DNA of 64,000 nucleotides, from contig CAVXGK010000001.1 of the NCBI GenBank assembly GCA_963761305.1, forward strand, positions 704,001-768,000, written 5' to 3'. The position numbers and the translations under genes are program-made. This document shows positions 59,373 through 64,000 of this stretch, in pieces. The notes beneath the pieces are model-generated. The model was given only the letters and a program-made list of their open reading frames with translations, did no database searches and had not been told where the DNA came from. Positions within the stretch are counted from its first letter, which is position 1; each line of letters opens with the position of its first letter. The stretch is from an uncultured Gemmatimonadaceae bacterium (lineage in GTDB: Bacteria; Gemmatimonadota; Gemmatimonadetes; Gemmatimonadales; Gemmatimonadaceae).

Positions 59373-59804
59373 ATGCGCGTCATGGTCATGGTCAAAGCGA
59401 GCAACAACTCGGAGTCGGGCGCGGCCCCCGACACGAAGATGCTGACCGAGATGGGTGCGTTCAACGACCAGCTCGTGAAGGCCGGGATTCTCCTCGCCGC
59501 TGACGGACTCAGGCCCAGCTCGGCAGGAAAGCGCGTGCAATTCAGCGGAACGAAGCGAACGGTCGTCGACGGTCCGTTCGCCGAGACCAAGGAGCTGGTC
59601 GCCGGCTACTGGATCTGGCAGGTCCGGTCGATGGACGAAGCGCTGGAATGGGTCAAACGCTGCCCGAATCCGATGCCCGGCGAGGATTCGGAGATCGAGA
59701 TTCGGCCCGTCTTCGAATGGGAGGATTTCGCCGAGAGCCTTACGCCCGAGCTGCGCGCGCAAGAAGCGCGGCAGCGCGCGGCAGTCGCCGGGCGAGCGAA
59801 ATAG
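59373..59804 (+). CDS. YciI / DGPFAETKE family protein
   Basis: VVDGPFAETKELVAGYW. Confidence 0.92.
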   Translation: MRVMVMVKASNNSESGAAPDTKMLTEMGAFNDQLVKAGILLAADGLRPSSAGKRVQFSGTKRTVVDGPFAETKELVAGYWIWQVRSMDEALEWVKRCPNPMPGEDSEIEIRPVFEWEDFAESLTPELRAQEARQRAAVAGRAK

Positions 59805-59851
59805 GGCCGGTTCGCGCGACGCACTTGCACCACTCGGTCGCGCCGATGTGA

Positions 59852-61123
59852 TTGGAAGCCGTGACGGCTTCCGAGACACATCGCGCGATCGAGACGGTGT
59901 GGCGCATCGAGTCGGCGAAACTCATCGCCGGCCTCGCGCGAATCGTGCGCGACGTCGGCCTCGCCGAGGATCTCGCCCAGGACGCATTGGTGGCGGCACT
60001 CGAGCAGTGGCCGGCGTCGGGGGTGCCGACGAATCCGGGCGCCTGGCTCATGGCCACGGCAAAGCATCGAGCCATCGACGCGATGCGCCGGGACGCGTTG
60101 CACGAACGGAAGCACGCGCAGATCGGCGTCGAGCTCGAAGACGAACGCGAGCGCGCCGTGCCTGACCTGGACGCGGCGATCGACGATCACGTGGGCGACG
60201 ACTTGTTGAGCCTCATCTTCACCGCGTGTCACCCGGCGCTCTCCACCGACGCCCGCGTGGCGCTCACGCTTCGCCTGCTCGGCGGGCTGACGACGGACGA
60301 AATCGCCCGCGCGTTCCTGGTGCCCGAATCCACGATCGCCCAACGGATCGTGCGTGCGAAAAAGACGCTCGCCGAGCGTCAGGTCCCGTTTGAAGTACCG
60401 CGCGGCGACGAGTTCACCGCGCGTCTGTCGTCGGTGCTGCAGGTGATCTATCTGATCTTCAACGAGGGCTACTCGGCGACCGCGGGGGACGACCTCGTGC
60501 GCCCGGCGCTCTGCGAGGACGCGCTGCGACTCGGCCGCATACTCGCCGGGCTGGTGGCGAACGATGCCGAAGTGCACGGCCTCGTCGCGCTGATGGAGAT
60601 TCAGGCGTCGCGATTGCGCGCCCGAGTCACGGCGTCGGGCGAGCCGGTGTTGCTGCTCGAGCAGGATCGTTCGCGGTGGGATCAACTTTTGATTCGGCGC
60701 GGCCTCGCGGCCCTCGCGCGGGCCGAGTCGCTCGGCCCCGACCCGGGCTCGTACACGCTGCAGGCGGAGATCGCCGCCCGCCACGCCCGCGCGCGCGTCG
60801 CGTCGGAGACGGACTGGGAGCGCATCGCGACGCTGTACGAGCGGCTGGCTAAGGTCGCGCCGTCGCCAATCGTCGAGCTGAATCGCGCGGTCGCCGTGTC
60901 GATGGCGCACGGCGCGGCGGCCGGACTGGCCATCGTCGACGACTTGGCGGGCGAGGGATCGCTCGAGTCGTACCACCTTCTCCCCGCGGTCCGCGGCGAT
61001 TTCCTGTCGAAGCTCGGCCGCGCATCGGAGGCGCGGCGCGAGTTCGAACGCGCGGCGTCGCTCACCCGAAACGCCCGCGAGCGCGCGCTGCTGCTCGAGC
61101 GGGCTCGCGCCAACGATGGGTGA
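59852..61123 (+). CDS. ECF42-type RNA polymerase sigma factor with C-terminal TPR-like extension
   Basis: AEDLAQDA, NPGAWL, LIFTACHP, GLTTDEIARAFLV, AQRIVRAK, YLIFNEGY, LLEQDRSRWD; adjacent to DGPF gene; start may be GTG 59861. Confidence 0.9.
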   Translation: MEAVTASETHRAIETVWRIESAKLIAGLARIVRDVGLAEDLAQDALVAALEQWPASGVPTNPGAWLMATAKHRAIDAMRRDALHERKHAQIGVELEDERERAVPDLDAAIDDHVGDDLLSLIFTACHPALSTDARVALTLRLLGGLTTDEIARAFLVPESTIAQRIVRAKKTLAERQVPFEVPRGDEFTARLSSVLQVIYLIFNEGYSATAGDDLVRPALCEDALRLGRILAGLVANDAEVHGLVALMEIQASRLRARVTASGEPVLLLEQDRSRWDQLLIRRGLAALARAESLGPDPGSYTLQAEIAARHARARVASETDWERIATLYERLAKVAPSPIVELNRAVAVSMAHGAAAGLAIVDDLAGEGSLESYHLLPAVRGDFLSKLGRASEARREFERAASLTRNARERALLLERARANDG

Positions 61124-61207
61124 GCCTCGTGCGTGTAGTGGGTGGCACGAGGCGCGCCCCTGCGCGCATATTCGGACTATATCTGCCGCTTTCGGAGAGC
61201 CGACTCC

Positions 61208-61474
61208 ATGTGTCGAAACATCAAAACGCTCGCGAACTTCGAACCGCCCGCCACCGACGACGAGGTGCGCGCTTCGGCGCTGCAGTTCGTCCGCAAGCTG
61301 AGTGGATCGACCAAACCCTCGCGCGCCAATGAGGCCGCGTTCAATCAGGCGGTCGACGAGGTGACGGCGATCGCCCGCCGGCTCGTCGATTCGATCGAGA
61401 CGCACGCGCCGCCGCGCAACCGCGAGGAAGAAGCGCGCAAGGCGCACGAGCGCGGGCAGCGCCGCTTCGCATGA
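61208..61474 (+). CDS. DUF2277 family protein
   Basis: MCRNIKTLANFEPPATDDEVRASALQFVRKLSG..KPS.ANE.AF. Confidence 0.88.
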   Translation: MCRNIKTLANFEPPATDDEVRASALQFVRKLSGSTKPSRANEAAFNQAVDEVTAIARRLVDSIETHAPPRNREEEARKAHERGQRRFA

Positions 61475-61499
61475 CCGGCCGACGCCGCGGCGCCGACTG

Positions 61500-62129
61500 A
61501 TGCTCGAGACATTTCTCACTGCGTACGGCGCGGTTTTTCTCGCCGAGATCGTCGGCGACAAGCTGCTGTACACGTCGGGCGTGCTGGCGACGCGATTTCG
61601 CTGGGGCTCCGTCATCGCGGGAATGACGCTCGCGTTCATGGCGAAGATGGCCGTCGCCGTCGCGGTGGGCGCGACGATCGGCAAGCTGCTCCCGCCGTGG
61701 CTCGTGGCGGTGCTCACCGCGGTGAGCTTCATCGGCGTGGCGATCGCGATGTGGCGTCAACCGGACGTGCGAACGCCGAAGGAGAAGGACACGCGCATTC
61801 TGCGCGGCGCGGCGATCGCGTTCTCGACGATCTTCCTGTCCGAATGGGGCGACAAGGGCATGACGACGGCCGGCGTCTGGGCCGCGGCAAGCGTCAGCGC
61901 CGCGCCGAGCCGCGGACTGACACACGGCATGGCGGCGCTCGTCGTCTGGATCGCCGCCGTGGCGGCCATGGTGACCAAGGGCGGGCTGGCGGTGACGCTC
62001 GGCACGAGCATTCGAACGTGGATCGCGGCGCACATCTCGCCTCGTCGCGTGCGTCATCTCGCCGTGCTCGCGCTCATCGTGCTGGGAATTCTGTCCGTGC
62101 TCGAGGTGACAGGGATTCTTGTCGACTGA
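61500..62129 (+). CDS. TMEM165/GDT1 (UPF0016) family cation transporter
   Basis: Two E-x-G-D-K-like motifs: FLAEIVGDK and FLSEWGDK. Confidence 0.8.
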   Translation: MLETFLTAYGAVFLAEIVGDKLLYTSGVLATRFRWGSVIAGMTLAFMAKMAVAVAVGATIGKLLPPWLVAVLTAVSFIGVAIAMWRQPDVRTPKEKDTRILRGAAIAFSTIFLSEWGDKGMTTAGVWAAASVSAAPSRGLTHGMAALVVWIAAVAAMVTKGGLAVTLGTSIRTWIAAHISPRRVRHLAVLALIVLGILSVLEVTGILVD

Positions 62130-63315
62130 GCCCGTGACGGCCGGCCCGTCCCCCTCCTCCGAACGCGCGGCTGCGTTTCGCTTCATCGTCTGCCTCGGCA
62201 TCGTCAGCCTGTTCGCGGACATGACGTACGAGGGAGCCTATAGCGGGATCGGTCCGTTTCTCAACGACCTCGGTGTGACGGCGGCGCTCGTCGGACTGAT
62301 CTCGGGCTTCGGTGAGATGGTCGCGGCGAGCCTGCGCTATTTCTCGGGGCGGTTCGCCGATCGCACGCGGGCGTATTGGCCGATCGTCATCGTCGGGTAC
62401 GCGATGAACCTCATCGCGATCCCCGGCCTTGCGTTCGTACACACCTGGCAGATGGCCGCGTTACTGATCATCGCCGAACGGACCGGCAAGGCGATTCGCG
62501 GGCCGGCGCGCGACGTGCTGCTCTCCGAGGCGACCGGCGTCGTGGGCCACGGCAAGGGGTTCGGTATCCACGCGGCGATGGACCAGACTGGCGCGATCAT
62601 AGGACCGCTCTACGTCGCGTACGCGGTGGCGCGGAGTCACAAGTTCGGCCCGGCGTTTCTCATGCTCGGCATTCCGGCGATCCTGGCGCTCGCGTCGCTC
62701 CTTCTCGCGCGCCACTACCGGCCCAACAAGGGCACGCCGCCCAAGCCCAAGGCCGACGAGCCGCTCAACCGCGTCTTCTGGATCTACGTCGCCGGTTCGG
62801 GCCTGCTCGCGATGGGCTTCTTCGATTTTCCACTGTTGGGCTTCCACTTCCAACATATAGGATTGTTTACACCGCAGACCATTCCGCTGTTGTACGCCGG
62901 CGCGATGGGCGTCGTCGGGCTGACGGCATTCGTGTGCGGCCTGCTGTTCGACCGGTTCGGGATCTGGGTGCTCGTCTTCGGCATTCTGGCCACGATGTTC
63001 GCGCTGCCGCTCGGATTTCTCGGCGGACCGTCGAGTGCCGCGCTCGCGGTCATGTGCTGGGCGGCGGGACTCGGCGTGCAGGACGCGACGCTGCGCGCGG
63101 GCATTGCGCAGGTCGTGTCGATGAACAAGCGAGGCCATGCATTCGGTGCGTTCAACGGCGTGTTCGGCGTGATGTGGTTTCTCGGGAGCGCGATCATGGG
63201 ACAGCTCTACAGCCGGAGCTTGGTCGCGCTGGTGGTGTTCGGAATGATTTTCCAGATCGCGGCAGCCGCGGTCTTCGTGCTGGTGAATCGGCCGATCGAG
63301 CGCGCCACGTCGTAA
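62119..63315 (+). CDS. MFS transporter
   Basis: VSLFADMTYEG, SGRFADRT, ERTGKAIRGPARD, AMDQTGA; ~12 TM segments. Confidence 0.88.
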   Translation: MSTEPVTAGPSPSSERAAAFRFIVCLGIVSLFADMTYEGAYSGIGPFLNDLGVTAALVGLISGFGEMVAASLRYFSGRFADRTRAYWPIVIVGYAMNLIAIPGLAFVHTWQMAALLIIAERTGKAIRGPARDVLLSEATGVVGHGKGFGIHAAMDQTGAIIGPLYVAYAVARSHKFGPAFLMLGIPAILALASLLLARHYRPNKGTPPKPKADEPLNRVFWIYVAGSGLLAMGFFDFPLLGFHFQHIGLFTPQTIPLLYAGAMGVVGLTAFVCGLLFDRFGIWVLVFGILATMFALPLGFLGGPSSAALAVMCWAAGLGVQDATLRAGIAQVVSMNKRGHAFGAFNGVFGVMWFLGSAIMGQLYSRSLVALVVFGMIFQIAAAAVFVLVNRPIERATS

Positions 63316-63408
63316 TACAGGTGGACGGGTGGACGGTGAGAGCGACGGGAACTGCGCGCTTCCCACGCGGCTAACTTGGCTCACATGAAATTCCACTGGA
63401 GAAGCCTC

Positions 63409-63966
63409 ATGAAGCCACACCTCGCGGTCTTCGTCGCGTCGTTCGCCGCGCTGTCGAGTGTCGGCGCGCAAAAGTCGTCGCTCAAGCTGGCCAGCACCGA
63501 CGTTCACCAGGGCAAGACCATCGCGGCCGCGCAGGTTTTCAGCGGTATGGGCTGCACCGGCAGCAACACGTCGCCCGCGTTCTCGTGGAGCGGTGCGCCG
63601 GCAGGCACGAAGAGCTTCGCCCTCACGGCCTACGACCCTGACGCGCCGACGGGCAGCGGATGGTGGCATTGGGTCGTGTACAACATTCCGGCGAACGTCA
63701 CGTCGCTCCCCGCGGGCGCGGGAGATCCGAAGAAGAATCTGCTTCCCGCCGGCGCGACACAAGGCAACACGGATTTCGGCGCGCCGGGCTACGGCGGTCC
63801 GTGTCCGCCGCCCAAGGACAAGCCGCATCACTACCATTTCACGCTCTTCGCGCTCGACACGGACAAGCTGGACGTGCCGGCCGGCGCGACGGCGGCGTAC
63901 GTCGGATTCAACGTGCACGCGCACACGCTCGCCAAGACGGAACTGACCGCGCTCTACGGTCGGTAG
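63409..63966 (+). CDS. YbhB/YbcL (PEBP, Raf-kinase-inhibitor-like) secreted protein
   Basis: YDPDAPTGSGWWHWVVYNIP, YGGPCPP, HHYHF; signal peptide. Confidence 0.92.
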   Translation: MKPHLAVFVASFAALSSVGAQKSSLKLASTDVHQGKTIAAAQVFSGMGCTGSNTSPAFSWSGAPAGTKSFALTAYDPDAPTGSGWWHWVVYNIPANVTSLPAGAGDPKKNLLPAGATQGNTDFGAPGYGGPCPPPKDKPHHYHFTLFALDTDKLDVPAGATAAYVGFNVHAHTLAKTELTALYGR

Positions 63967-64000
63967 TCGTGAGGGCCGCGTGACGACGTCCGTCGACCGC

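Noticed and set aside
1..64000. tRNA/rRNA genes, transposases, integrases, phage or defence genes
   Set aside because: None recognised by eye in the intergenic regions or ORF translations.

Overview
GC-rich bacterial DNA. The many Ig-like lipoproteins and XrtA-type accessory genes suggest Gemmatimonadota, but the taxon is not provable from this window. Positions ~1-49.2 kb form one very large surface/exopolysaccharide locus. It holds 9 glycosyltransferases, a Wzy/O-antigen-ligase-like protein, a Wzm/Wzt exporter, sugar-nucleotide enzymes, 3 deacetylases, 3 AsnB-like amidotransferases, an ATP-grasp ligase, a formyltransferase, a FemAB-like protein and a DegT-type aminotransferase. Embedded in it, and partly translationally coupled to it, are two paralogous stand-alone C-A-PCP-TE NRPS modules plus an Sfp-type PPTase. 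One A domain has the exact Thr code and the other a Gly-like code. Both TEs have a Cys nucleophile and both N-terminal C domains look DCL-type. The NRPS pair is flanked by duplicated GT4 and AsnB genes. This is the main candidate novel system: NRPS-mediated aminoacyl/peptidyl decoration of a polysaccharide. The locus also has a c-di-GMP-I riboswitch upstream of the first of two tandem Ig-stalk lipoprotein genes, both with lyase/lectin-like heads. Several genes between 21 and 32.5 kb carry frameshifts (possibly sequencing errors). From 49.2 to 64 kb are mostly ordinary genes (MFS, acyl-CoA dehydrogenase, PLP decarboxylase, ECF42 sigma/YciI, GDT1, YbhB) and a 22 x 21-bp intergenic tandem array. 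All calls come from manual reading of motifs; no database searches were run.
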